Shown: positions 26,070 through 38,335 of the stretch, in pieces | How the letters are laid out: each line of letters opens with the position of its first letter | Numbering within the stretch: the first letter of the stretch is position 1 | Assembly: GCA_002269645.1 (NCBI GenBank) | Contig: NIVC01000554.1 | Span: 48,340 to 112,339 of the forward strand | Origin: Macrostomum lignano | Taxonomy: Eukaryota | Direction: 5' to 3' | Length of the DNA: 64,000 nt | Notes under the pieces: generated by a model | Told to the model about the DNA's origin: nothing | The model's input: the letters and a program-made list of their open reading frames with translations, nothing else | Database searches by the model: none | Translations under genes and position numbers: made by a program

Positions 26070-27350
26070 CCATGACAGCATGACAGTTCCCCTGAAGCTA
26101 TGGAAAAGCATGACAGTTCCCCTGAAGCTATGGAGGAGCATGACAGTTCCCCTGAAGCTATGGAAAAGCATGACAGTTCCCCTGAAGCTATGGAGGAGCA
26201 TGACAGTTCCCCTGAAGCTATGGAAAAGCATGACAGTTCCCCTGAAGCTATGGAGGAGCAGGACAGTTCCCCTGAAGCTATGGAGGAGCATGACAGTTCC
26301 ACTGAAGCTATGGAAAAGCATGACAGTTCCCCTGAAGCTATGGAAGGGCATGGCAGTTCCCCTGAAGCTATGGAGGAGCATGACAGTTCCACTGAAGCTA
26401 TGGAAGGGCATGGCAGTTCCCCTGAAGCTATGGAGGAGCATGACAGTTCCACTGAAGCTATGGAAAAGCATGGCAGTTTCCCTGAAGCTATGGAAAAGCA
26501 TGACAGTTCCCCTGAAGCTATGGAGGAGCATGACAGTTCCCCTGAAGCTATGGAAAAGCATGACAGTTCCCCTGAAGCTATGGAGGAGCATGACAGTTCC
26601 CCTGAAGCTATGGAAAAGCATGACAGTTCCCCTGAAGCTATGGAGGAGCATGACAGTTCCCCTGAAGCTATGGAAAAGCATGACAGTTCCCCTGAAGCTA
26701 TGGAAGGGCATGGCAGTTCCCATGAAGCTATGGAAAAGCATGACAGTTCCCCTGAAGCTATGGAAAAGCATGACAGTTCCCCTGAAGCTATGGAAGGGCA
26801 TGGCAGTTCCCATGAAGCTATGGAAAAGCATGGCAGTTCCCCTGAAGCTATGGAAAAGCATGACAGTTCCCCTGAAGCTATGGAAGGGCATGACAGTTCC
26901 CATGAAGCTATGGAAAAGCATGACAGTTCCCCTGAAGCTATGGAAGGGCATGGCAGTTCCCCTGAAGCTATGGAGGAGCATGACAGTTCCCATGAAGCTA
27001 TGGAAAAGCATGACAGTTCCCCTGAAGCTATGGAAGGGCATGGCAGTTCCCCTGAAGCTATGGAGGAGCATGACAGTTCCCCTGAAGCTATGGAAAAACA
27101 TGACAGTTCCTCTGAAGCTATGGAGGAGCATGACAGTTCCACTGAAGCTATGGAAAAACATGACAGTTCCCCTGAAGCTATGGAGGAGCATGACAGTTCC
27201 ACTGAAGCTATGGAAAAGCATGACAGTTCCCCTGAAGCTATGGAAGGGCATGGCAGTTCCCATGAAGCTATGGAAGGGCATGACAGTTCCCATGAAGCTA
27301 TGGAAGGGCATGACAGTTCCCATGAAGCTATGGAAGGGCATGGCAGTTCT
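26070..27350. repeat. Minisatellite, 30-bp unit CATGACAGTTCCCCTGAAGCTATGGAAAAG
   Basis: About 42 copies; open in several frames because the unit is a multiple of 3. Confidence 0.97.
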
Positions 27351-27740
27351 CCCTGAGAAGCTATGCGTCATTTGTTACGTTAGCTATATTGCATTGGATT
27401 TAATCCGGTACAGCAGGGAGAAGAAGGCCAGTGTTTACAACCCCAACCAGAGCAAGAGCTGATTAATGAGGGCAGAAAAAACACAAATGCAGCTGAATGC
27501 CGTATTCAATAACAACGGGTTAATTATAGGGAAGCAGAATATACGGTTCTATCGTCATTAACATTCTATAGCTATATGAGCTGAGGCATTTTTGTTTCCC
27601 ACTTGCCAACCCCAATAGACCTGGCATCGTTTGAAAATTTGCAGGTTAGGCAGCTCAACCCCGGCAGTTTAAACAGCATCCAGTCAGCTCTGCATTGCTA
27701 CTGAAGTTGCAAGCCCAGTAGACAGCGATCAGCCACTGGC

Positions 27741-30700
27741 ATGGAGACGGCATCCAGTGGTGAGCATCGGCCGGAGCCTCTGCTGCGGCAGCTCCGTCAG
27801 AAGGCTCTGATCTCGTTTGCCCAGCAGACCACAGCGCACGGCTTCGTGCGCCTGACGCAGGGCTCCAGCCTCCGCCGCCTCATCTGGGCACTGGCCATCT
27901 TGAGCGCCTGCGTAGGATTCTCGCTGCACCTGTCAGAGCTGGTGAAGAGGTACCTCAGCTACCCAGTGAGCACCGAGTTCTCCAATGATGGGGCAGAGTT
28001 TCAGTTCCCAAGCGTCACCATCTGTCCCATTAACAACTACGTGCTTTGGTGTCAACCTGTGCCTCCGCTCGATCCCAACGGTAAGGATGAAAATATCTTG
28101 CAGAGCAATGCACATACCAGGTATAGCAGCATGTAAATTCTTTACAGGACAATCACAATTCTGTACGATACAATCGCTAATAACATGTAGCATGCACCAT
28201 GCACCTGCATTTACTATATTTTGAATCATGAACCACATTCTATGCAACGCATAGCATGCGCGCTTCTATTACACGTATTGCCATAAGCTCATTATCTTCT
28301 TGCTGAACATTCATTCAATTTGTTTGAAAACTCAGCTTCATCAGATATGTGCTTATGGAACATGATCTATGACGTTCCTCGGACATATCTACTGCTGGAT
28401 AAAGAGAACTGGAATGTCTCAATGCCTTCGCACCCCTACAAATACTATAACGATGGAAAACTTGCTCTTCGAGCTCTGGCTTACCGCGGGATGCAGTTCA
28501 TGCTGCCTCACGAGATGGTTCTCTACTGCCGGTACAACTCCGAGCCCTGCTCTTTCAAGAACTTCACCCTGTACAAGGACGAGGAAAGGTAGGACGCCGC
28601 TTGTGTTCACAAAATCACAAAGGTAGGACAAAGATCAAGAAGACAAAAATCTAGCAACTGAAGCAAATCACCGACTTTATCGAAACTTCAGATTCCAGTG
28701 TATTTCGTTTACTCCATTGAACCATTCAATCGTTCGAGCCGGGCCTGGCAACGGACTTTATCTGGTGCTCAATCAGATAACGGACTCGTTTTTAACCGAC
28801 GAAGAGCAAATTGACTATGTGCCGGGATTTCAGGTGGCCCTGCATGAGAGAGGTGAGCCGATCATGTCCTCATGCTGTAAGCTGTCTATCCTGTTTTTCC
28901 TGCAGTAGGTGATGTTTTCATTAGAGAAACGAGTTCAAAACCCTGTGCAAGGAGACCTCTAGAACCTCTGTGGGCTACGTACGTAAGCATCTAATTATTC
29001 AGTATAGCTACTTTATTGCGTTTGAAATCTGAACACTCCAACTTTCTCACGTACGACGCTAGGTTTGGAGGCTCCAAACCCCTGAATAGTCCTAGGCACG
29101 CTACCCACAAATAAGAAAAGAAGAGGCAAGGCGGCTTATGACGGGCGGCGATGGATGGTGCTCAAAGCAGGTAGGTGGGTGTATGACAAGTAGCTACAGA
29201 CTGGTTGCACGGCTCAGGGCACAGCGCAGAGGCGCAAACAAAACGCAGAGGTGCAAATAAATGTGGGAGCGCAGACGGAACGCAATACGCAGAAAATACA
29301 AAGTCTCAGCTCTCATGTCTCGTGGCCAAGCTCATTCCGACCCTTGCAAAAAATCAGCCCCTTTACGGCCTATCGACCCACGGGGCCGTGGATAGAGTCG
29401 GTGGAAAAAAGGGCTACAGGCCGGCCCTGAATGCTTAAAGTTTCAGCAACAACCAGTCAGCCAATCAGCAGCGCGCGAGCAGAGCAGGAAACTCAGTCCT
29501 GACCAATCAGCACCAGATAAAACTGGGGGGAGGGGTTAACACAATGCCAGCCAGTGATACAAGCTAACCCGATGGGGGAGAGAGGCACCCACCCTGAGGA
29601 ACATCACACTCAAGTTAAAAAAGTTCACTACATTATTAGCATATAGTTACATTACTATTGGGACAGAGGCCATTATTGACAATTAAGACCTGTCGATAAG
29701 TCATATAGCTGGGATGGACACAGGAATAGGTGGTATATCTATGTGGCCAAGTTAAAAAACCCCTTATTTCCCTGCTACTAACTCTTTCAACTACTGAAAG
29801 GTACTTAAAGTATTGTATTAATGAATGAGTAGTCTCATTCTTCCCCTTTTGTCATAAGAATTTCCTTGTCTTCTTTAATGTAAACCACGCATTTAGGCAA
29901 AACTAATGTTAAAAATACTAATACTAAGTTAAAAAACTTACTATAAAAAGCTTTGATTTGTCTGAGTGTTGTGAATGTGCATGCTCAATGCTATTATGTA
30001 ACGTACGCGCATCGATGTACATCTAGCTCATATCAGTCAGATAATATATATTGGCCAGCTCACTGTAGCTGAGAGCCACCTCTCCTCTCCTTCGCCTTTC
30101 GTGAATTGATTTCATTCATTTGGCCAGCGGCCACAACACTAGCATCGCAAGCAGGGACTTAGCGAAAAACCACCACGCGCAAAACTCAACTCACGGCAGC
30201 CAAGGCACACAAGTCAAACTCTCGCTATCGCCTTGCAATTCTGCAAACTCAACTCAGTGAATTTAGAAATGAGCAGCTCCGACAACGCCACAGCGCCAGC
30301 GCTACGACTAAACCTCAGAGAACCGCCTCCATTTCTCGACAACCCAGGAACACCTGTGGTTTCATGGGAAACTTGGGCCGCTGAGTTCGACACCTACCTG
30401 CTAGCGTCAGGAGTCGACGGCTTGCAAGAAGCCAGGAAGATCGCACTGCTCGTGCACTGCCTCGGGCGGGAAGGAGTGCGAGTCTACCGGACTCTTATCA
30501 AGTCTCCAGCTGAAGCTCCAGCGACACTCAAAGCGGCATGCAAACTGCTTAAGGAGCACTTTCAGCCCACCGTCAGCGTGTATGCCAAGCGCCATGACTT
30601 CCGGAAGTGCGTCCAGCGGAGCGGCGAAGGCGTGCACGCATTCGTGGCAAACTTGCGTCATGCCGCCAGAGACTGTGAGTTCCAGAGCCTTCACGACGAC

Positions 30701-33700
30701 CTCATCCTGGACCAGCTGATCTTCGGCACTTCATCAGCGAAGGTGCGCGAACGCCTCCTGCTAGAGCAAGAGCTCACCCTGGACGGAGCAATCCAGATTG
30801 CCGCCCAGGTGGAAAAAGCTATCCAGAGTGAGAAGTCCTTGACCGGCAAGAATGCAGCTGACGACGGCATCAGGAAGATCAACGCCAAGAGAGCTCCGAC
30901 TGGCACCAGAGGCCAGGCAGCGCGACCACCGCAAGAGCCCTGCTGCTCGCACTGCGGTAAGCCGGGCCACCGCACAGGCAGCGACCCGCGCTGCGCTGCC
31001 CGTGGCAAAGCGTGTAAGAAGTGCGGGAAGCTTAACCACTTCGCCAGCGTGTGCAAGAGCAGCACCACGGCACCGCACTCGGCTCAGAAGAAGGTTCAAT
31101 GCGTCGACTTCGACAGCTCCGCTCAGCAAAGCATCTTCGCCGTCAGCACGGACAAGAAGGGCGAGTACAAGAGAGCCAGCGTCAGGATCAACGGGTTCAG
31201 CACTCCGCTGTTGGTGGACACAGCTGCCAAGGTCTCCATCATCAACATGCAGACCTGCAGGAAGATTTTCGGACCCAAGGTCCCCCTGCGACCGTCGGAG
31301 AGACATCTCGTGTCGTACAACGGCTCCAGCATCAGCGTCGCCGGCGAGGTCGACGCCACGGTCGAGTTCGACTGCGTCCAGCTCCCGTCGTTCACCTTCA
31401 CCGTCGTCATGGACGGCGATGACCTGATGGGAATCGACCTGATGGACAAGTTGAACTGCAGAGTTCTCGGGCCTTCCGGACATCAGATTGCTGCGGTCGA
31501 GTCCGAGGAGCCTCCGACCACGTCGATGCCCGAATGGATTCCAGCTAAGTACCACGCCTTGGGCACCGGACTCGGTGAGATCAAAGGGTTCTGCCACCGT
31601 CCCAGAGTTAACCCAACTGTGCCTCCCGTAGCTCAGCGTCTGCGCCGACTGCCTCTAGCGCTGCGCCAGGAGTGCGACAGCGAGATTCAACGCTTGAAGG
31701 AAGAAGGCATCATCGAGCGAGTCGACGGCGACATCCCTGATTGGCAGTCCAACGTCACCTGTGCCCGCAAGGCCGATGGGAAGCTGCGCCTCTGCGTTGA
31801 TCTGCGAAGCGTCAACAAGGCGATCATCCCGGACTCGATGTCACTGCCTACTTTCGCCGATCTGGTGACCGAATTCAACAATTCGAAGTTTTTCTCAAGG
31901 ATCGACCTCAACCAGTCGTATCTACAGCTGCCTCTGCACGATGACGCCAAGAATCTGACCTGCTTCCACACCGAATCCGGCCTCTACCGGTTCAGACAGA
32001 TGCCGTTCGGCATCAGCTCGGCTCCGGCGGCCTTCCAGAAGGTCGTCGGCAAGATCCTCCAAGGCATCAGAGGCGTCGTTCACTACCAAGACGACATCGC
32101 CGTTCACGCCGCTACGGAAGCCGAGCATGAAAGTCGCGTACTTCAGGTACTGGACAAGCTGCTGCAGCATCGAGTAACCGTCAATCTCAAGAAGTGCACC
32201 TTCAAGGCGTCGGAGATCGAGTTCGTCGGACACCGCGTCAGCGCAGCGGGAATTCAACCTCTCCAGTCGCACACCGAGTCCGTATCGAAACTCAAGGCAC
32301 CCACCAATACGGCAGAGTTGGCTTCATTCCTAGGCTTTGCAAAGTTCTTCCAGTTCTACATCAAGAACCTGTCTCACGTCGCCGAGCCGCTGACAGCGCT
32401 CCTGCGCAAGGACGCGCCATGGAACTGGGACGCGAAATGCGAGGCAGCCTTCAGTGAGGTGAAGCGGCTCATCTCATCAGCACCGTGCCTGAAGTTCTTC
32501 GACCAAGATCACGAAACCGTGGTCTCCTGCGACAGCAGCGACGTCGCCCTGGGCGCGACCCTGAGCCAAGTCGACGAGCACGGACAGCTGCGGCCAGTCG
32601 CCTTCGCCTCGCGAGCCCTATCCGACACCGAGCGCCGCTACTCTGCGTCAGAGAAGGAGGCCTTGGCCTGCGTCTGGAGCTGCGAGCAATGGCACCTGCT
32701 GCTGTACGGTCGCAAGTTCAAGCTTCTTACCGACCATCAAGCACTGACGACCCTGCTGTCACCTCGAGGAGTCGGCCAACGACCTCTTCGACTTCAGCGC
32801 TGGTGCGAGCGACTCTTCGTCTACGACTTCGACATCGAGTACGTCCCCGGCAAGCTCAACGTCCAGCCCGACTTTCTGTCTCGCTACGGCTACGACGGCA
32901 AGAGCGCAGCCAACGAGTCCAATGAGCAGCACCAGAGCGAGTCCGACATCAACCTGGTGCTGGCCAGAAGCGCCGAGCCGATCTCAGTCACTCAACTGGC
33001 CGACGCAACCAAGAGCGACAACCAACTGCAGCGAGTCATCGGGTTTCTCATCAACGGATGGCCAGCCGAGGTTCCAGCCGACCTGAAGGGCTTCCACCAG
33101 GTGCAACACGAGCTCTACCTGTGGAACGATGGTTGCTGCCTGGCGAGAGGCAGCCGAGCCGTCATCCCGACTGACCTCCGCGACCTTGTGCTGGCAGAGG
33201 CGCATCAAGGACATCTCGGCGTCGCCAAGGTCAAGGCGCGGTGCCGCGATATGGTCTGGTGGCCGCGCATCGACAGCGACGTGGAGGCCTTCGTGCGGAA
33301 CTGCAGTGCCTGCGTCCTGTCCGAGAAAGCGTTCAAGCCGATCAAGGTCCCATGGTCAACGACGGAGCTACCAGCGGGTCCATGGCAACAGCTGCAAGTC
33401 GATATCGTTGGAGAGCTGCCGGAAGCCAATGTGCCGCAGTCCCATCGATTCTTCATCGTCGTCCACGATCTCTACTCCAAGTGGCCTGAGATCATCGCAT
33501 CTTCATCCGTGACTTCCGCTGCGTGTATCGAAGCCCTTCGCAGCCTGTTCGTCCGCTGGGGGCTTCCAGACGAAATTACCACGGACAACGGACCTCAGTT
33601 TGTGTCAACCGAGTTCACGGACTTCCTCAGCTCGCTCGGCATCAAGCACCGTCGCACTCCGTTCTACTGTCCACAGCAGAAAGGCGGAGTCGAGAGATTC

Positions 33701-36427
33701 AACGGCTTCATCAAGACGTCACTGCGCGCACTACTCGCCGACGGTGTGCCAGTGAAGCACGCGGTTCAGGAGCTGCTGCTCGCGTATCGATCATCTGAGC
33801 ACGCGCTGACCAAGAAGTCGCCGGCTGAACTGATGCTGGGACGGAAGCTCCGCCTGCCTCTCGATCGTCTTCAACCAGCAAGCACCGAGTCAACGACGGA
33901 CCAGGAGCTGCGGCGCAGCGTCACGGAGCGACAGCAGCGGGCCAAGAGCCGCCGCCGGATGCGCAAGCGGAACCAGCCGCTGAAGGACGCAGCGTTGACT
34001 GTCGGGAGCCGCGTCCGCGTCCGCCGGCCGAGGCGCGGAAAGCTCAGCAGCGGCGTCTCCGAGCCACAGACAGTCGTCAGTCGCGAGGGCAACACCATCA
34101 CTCTGACCGATGGCAGCCGCTGGCACATCAGCCGCTGCATCCTTGATGACCACCACGGCTGGGGTGACGGGGCCGACGACACAGAGGCTCTGCAACAGCC
34201 GGACGGCGGGAGACCAGAGGCGGCGCCACCGCCAACGCCACCGCTGCGCCGCTCTGAGAGACTTCGTGCACCGCCTCAATGGTTCGGCAACGTTGTGACT
34301 CACGATTGACTGACTTGACTAACTGACTGCTCATGCACCGAAAACTGTTCCATTGACATTGCTTGCTTTAATGCGTCTGCTTATCCCACCCGTAATCTGT
34401 CACCTCTTTGCACGGGGAGATATGTTGTGAATGTGCATGCTCAATGCTATTATGTAACGTACGCGCATCGATGTACATCTAGCTCATATCAGTCAGATAA
34501 TATATATTGGCCAGCTCACTGTAGCTGAGAGCCACCTCTCCTCTCCTTCGCCTTACGTGAATTGATTTCATTCATTTGGCCAGCGGCCACAACACTGAGA
34601 ATTGAATGTAGTTAAACAAGTGAGGTAGCTTGGCAGCCTTCGTATTTATAAAAACGGTGGGAGCTAGGGTTAAATAAGACTGGGCTTGAGCACTATAGTC
34701 TGCATGGTGTACGAGTAAAGCGAAGTTGATGAGCAAAGTACATTTGAAGTAATAAATAAAACCTTTCTCACATGCCTACTTCTCGCAGGCTTCAAGCCAG
34801 ACATGTCTCTGGGCTTCAGAGCTCCGTTCATGCGCAAGACGCAAGCCCAGGTGTTCGGAGAGACGGTCTCGAAGGTCGATCGTGACGCCACGCCATGCAG
34901 CAACGACCTGCCGAATGTCACCTACACAATGAACTACTCGTATCCGGGTAGCTTTGAGGATCAGAGCTTTTTTAGCACCTACCAGGACTGCGTGATAAGA
35001 CGGATGCAAATGGATTATAAAAGCACCTGCGGTTGTCTGGGCACGCACCTGCCATTGCCCAGCGACCTGCTTAACGACACGGATGTGTGCCATCGACTGC
35101 CAGAGGAGGTGAGAGCATCGAACACGGGTGCTAATTGCTTTACCTTGGCGACCCGAATCTTAAGAGACTCGTTAACCGATCCTCTCTTACATTTCAGATG
35201 CTGATCAATTATAATATAAACTACCGAACTAACAAAAACAACTTCACAGAGTACATAATAAAGAACAAAACTCATAGTTATTACCCACTGACGGATTACC
35301 TACAGGCCAACTGGGAAACACTTGACTTCAATCTCAGCAGAAGCTTATTCAGGTGCTACCACCGAGTGCTGCGCCGTCACAAGACGCAGGGAGTCTCTGA
35401 CAAGCACTGCCCAGTGCGCTGCACCAATACTCGCTACAGGGTCTACAGCACCATCACCTCCTGGCCAATGGACGTAAATCTTGCGTCGGAAATTGTCCGC
35501 GGCTACGTAAAAGACAACCTGGATCAGATTAGCGGCACAGATCTATTTAGAGACCGGCTACAATACATGTACGACAACCCAAATTTCACATTTAACGAAG
35601 TGCAAAGCCTGAGCGTGCTGGACCTGTACCCGATGTCTGTCAAGACGAGCGTCTTCACCGAATCGTTTGCCTATCCTCTGCGGAATTTGTTCTCGGATCT
35701 GGGCGGAATTCTCGGTGAGAGACTGTTTATTGCATGGAAACTCAAGACGTTTCAGCCAGTAGCTACTTGTACAAAAAGATGTGGCCGCTATACTAACCGT
35801 TTTGGTGTAGCTATAGGAGCCTGCAGGCACAGAGTAGACCATTGCAGTCACAGTAAATTGCATGTATTCTATAACTTCAAAGGCAGGAACTCATCATTTT
35901 CTTCATTGATATTCTTTTAGACAGTGAGTCTGGAATGGTGCTGACTAAGTCACTAAGATTTTAATAATAATAAGGATGAAATGAAAAATTTCTGAGCGCT
36001 GAGGAGACTACCTCGATTGAGTATTGCCTGAGTAGCTCGTACCTCACTCAACAAAGCAACTTACATACAGCTTTCGCATTCGCTTCATTTTACAGGCCTA
36101 TGGGTTGGAGTGTCCATTGTGACCTTAATGGAATTTTTGGAGCTTTTAGTTCAACTGGCCCAGCTGATCACCAAGGGACTAGTTTCAGCATCAAAGAAAT
36201 CAGGAAGTGCCCAGGATCAAGCTGAACAAAGTACCCAGAGAAGATCGCGACAAAGCATCTACACGGTCGAGATGGCTATGTACGACTCCAAACTGTTTGC
36301 TGAATCGTCTGAGAAGGCGTTAAGTTTCGCGCCACCATCAAATCTGTCGCCAATAGTGACTGAAGCCGACTTTGGCAAAGACTACGTGAAGCACAAGTCA
36401 TCAATACTGGAAAAGTTCTCGGTCTGA
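27741..36427 (+). CDS. DEG/ENaC channel subunit, paralog B. Exons 27741-28080, 28336-28588, 28692-28852, 34789-35108, 35198-35714, 36096-36427; 640 aa
   Basis: Exons 1-5 have the same lengths as in paralog A (340, 253, 161, 320, 517 nt) and the same motifs; total 1923 nt in frame; intron 3 is enlarged by a Gypsy insertion. Confidence 0.92.
29967..34594 (+). mobile_element. Full-length Ty3/Gypsy LTR retrotransposon (Mag-like), apparently intact and recent
   Basis: 172-bp LTRs (29967-30138 and 34423-34594; TGTTGTG...CACAACA, one mismatch seen); 5-bp TSD CTGAG; PPT GGGGAGA; single gag-pol ORF. Confidence 0.97.
30269..34309 (+). CDS. Gag-Pol polyprotein (Gag with Zn knuckles, protease, RT, RNase H, integrase)
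   Basis: CSHCGKPGH and CKKCGKLNHFASVC; LVDTAAKVS protease; YQDD RT; DSSDVALGA/EKEALA/TDHQAL RNase H; HQGHLG...C..C and DIVG/TDNG/ERFN integrase. First ATG at 30269 (ORF open from 30233). Confidence 0.95.
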   Translation: MSSSDNATAPALRLNLREPPPFLDNPGTPVVSWETWAAEFDTYLLASGVDGLQEARKIALLVHCLGREGVRVYRTLIKSPAEAPATLKAACKLLKEHFQPTVSVYAKRHDFRKCVQRSGEGVHAFVANLRHAARDCEFQSLHDDLILDQLIFGTSSAKVRERLLLEQELTLDGAIQIAAQVEKAIQSEKSLTGKNAADDGIRKINAKRAPTGTRGQAARPPQEPCCSHCGKPGHRTGSDPRCAARGKACKKCGKLNHFASVCKSSTTAPHSAQKKVQCVDFDSSAQQSIFAVSTDKKGEYKRASVRINGFSTPLLVDTAAKVSIINMQTCRKIFGPKVPLRPSERHLVSYNGSSISVAGEVDATVEFDCVQLPSFTFTVVMDGDDLMGIDLMDKLNCRVLGPSGHQIAAVESEEPPTTSMPEWIPAKYHALGTGLGEIKGFCHRPRVNPTVPPVAQRLRRLPLALRQECDSEIQRLKEEGIIERVDGDIPDWQSNVTCARKADGKLRLCVDLRSVNKAIIPDSMSLPTFADLVTEFNNSKFFSRIDLNQSYLQLPLHDDAKNLTCFHTESGLYRFRQMPFGISSAPAAFQKVVGKILQGIRGVVHYQDDIAVHAATEAEHESRVLQVLDKLLQHRVTVNLKKCTFKASEIEFVGHRVSAAGIQPLQSHTESVSKLKAPTNTAELASFLGFAKFFQFYIKNLSHVAEPLTALLRKDAPWNWDAKCEAAFSEVKRLISSAPCLKFFDQDHETVVSCDSSDVALGATLSQVDEHGQLRPVAFASRALSDTERRYSASEKEALACVWSCEQWHLLLYGRKFKLLTDHQALTTLLSPRGVGQRPLRLQRWCERLFVYDFDIEYVPGKLNVQPDFLSRYGYDGKSAANESNEQHQSESDINLVLARSAEPISVTQLADATKSDNQLQRVIGFLINGWPAEVPADLKGFHQVQHELYLWNDGCCLARGSRAVIPTDLRDLVLAEAHQGHLGVAKVKARCRDMVWWPRIDSDVEAFVRNCSACVLSEKAFKPIKVPWSTTELPAGPWQQLQVDIVGELPEANVPQSHRFFIVVHDLYSKWPEIIASSSVTSAACIEALRSLFVRWGLPDEITTDNGPQFVSTEFTDFLSSLGIKHRRTPFYCPQQKGGVERFNGFIKTSLRALLADGVPVKHAVQELLLAYRSSEHALTKKSPAELMLGRKLRLPLDRLQPASTESTTDQELRRSVTERQQRAKSRRRMRKRNQPLKDAALTVGSRVRVRRPRRGKLSSGVSEPQTVVSREGNTITLTDGSRWHISRCILDDHHGWGDGADDTEALQQPDGGRPEAAPPPTPPLRRSERLRAPPQWFGNVVTHD

Positions 36428-37534
36428 CTGAAGGGCGTTGCTTTTAGGCAATGTGAAAAACGGACAAAATTGTAATGTGACTGCATGGCTAAGGACTGTT
36501 GGTCATTGTAAGAACAAAGCTCGTATTTTGGCTGAATTGTAAGTTAACCTCATTATTGCGTAAAATGTGAATCATGAATTAGATGCACACATTGATTACG
36601 AGTACCAGTACAAAATTCGGACTTTCGCCGACGTAATTCAAGCGTCGATATGAGTTAGAGGTTGGTATTTTACATTTCGCAGACGGATTCCATGGACATT
36701 CGAAAACTCTTAACTTTCTACTTATTTGGCAAATTATTAATTATTCCTTTCTTCGCCGCCATTAGTTGCTTTTACCAAACGCTGGCGCAATGCAGAAAGT
36801 GGTCATTTTCTAACTGACGTCGCTGAAGTGTCTGCTGAACTCGAATTGTTGTTTGGGTTACCTGACTAAACATTTTGAAGTTTTTCCTTTCTGAGTTCAC
36901 TGTTTTCAACATTCTTAAATGTTTATTTTTTATGAATGATGCATTATAGCATTCCTAGCATGTTCTTTGAACTTAAACGTTCATTGAACTTAAACAATTG
37001 TCTGTAGATGTGTTTGTTTTTGTCAATAAGTCAGGGAATTCAATTATTTATCATTTTTAACACAACTGTTCGATAGAAGCTACTGTTTTGCAAATAAATC
37101 CGTGAAATCTAAAGAATGACTAAAATCTAAATCCTAAAAAGTCAAAGATTCACCGACAATTAATGCTCCTTGGGTCTGCTCTTGCAATTGACATCCTAGA
37201 GGGCCAACCATGGATCTTATGTTCTATAGATCGTATATATGATCTTTGGGGCCACCCCCCAACGCACATTGAAGTGTACATGCCTGAAGCGAAACCGACA
37301 TTCTATGTTTGGGATCGAGCAAAAAAGTGACTACTTTTTATAGAGTGACACATCTAGTTTTTTTGGGATCTATGCTATAGGCTATGTTGCAAGCTAAAGG
37401 ATATTTTAACTTATTTAGTTATTAGCGCCTAGAACGGGCGATGCGTGAAAAGAGCTGTTATTGAGAGATGATACTGAGACCACAGCCAGATAAACTGAGA
37501 CAGTCAACAAGAAAGAACCTAGCAAAGTAGAAAG

Positions 37535-37980
37535 CATGCACTGAGACACTGAACCACCCCTAGCAACCCCAGCTGGCAAACATCTAGACACTAAACCCCT
37601 AGCTACCCCAGCTGGCAAACATCTACAGACACTGAACCACCCTAGCAACCCCAGCTATTAAACATCTACAGACACTGAAGTACCCTAGCAACCCCAGCTG
37701 TTAAACATCTACAGACACTAAAGTACCCTAGCAACCCCAGCTGGTAAACATCTACAGACACTGAAGCCCTAGCAACCCCAGCTGGTGAACATCTACAGAC
37801 ACTGAACTACCCTAGCAACCCCAGCTAGCAAACATCTACAGACACTGAACCACCCTAGCAACCCCAGCTGGCAGACATCTACAGACACTGAACCACCCTA
37901 GCAACCCCAGCTAGCAAACATCTACAGACACTGAACCACCCTAGCAACCCCAGCTGGCAGACATCTACAGACACTGAACT
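37535..37980. repeat. Minisatellite, ~38-39 bp unit ACATCTACAGACACTGAACCACCCTAGCAACCCCAGCTGGCA
   Basis: About 11 degenerate tandem copies. Confidence 0.9.
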
Positions 37981-38335
37981 CCTGTAGAAATCCAACCTAG
38001 CAAAGATCCTCAGGCACTGAATTGCCTCATGCAAACCCGTCCATCGAGCTGGCAGAAGCACCTGAAACTATGAACATCGCATCAATCTAAATAATTTTAT
38101 TACGATTCCCTAAAATAATAACGCATCTTTAAAAAAAACTAAGAAGAAAACAAGCATTTCAGATTATTATTTAAATCCAGAGTCGCCAAAACGCAGATTT
38201 ACGTCGTAATCAGATGTCTAAATTTGTACTTTATTAAACTGCCAACAAAAAACCAAGCTTATCCATCCCAAATGACAAAAGCTAAACTTTCAGACGCAGT
38301 TCGGCATTACTCTCCTCTCCAAATGAAACTGGAAC

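Noticed and set aside
26018-27462. 394-460 aa repetitive ORFs (e.g. MEKHDSSPEA repeats)
   Set aside because: The 30-bp unit is open in four frames on both strands; no unique flanking coding sequence or splice support.
29040-29960. Separate element or promoter in paralog B intron 3 (CCAATCAG boxes)
   Set aside because: No termini, TSD or coding motif found; cannot be classified from the sequence alone.
30407-34334. Overlapping alternate-frame and antisense ORFs in the Gypsy element
   Set aside because: Expected shadows of a GC-rich coding strand.
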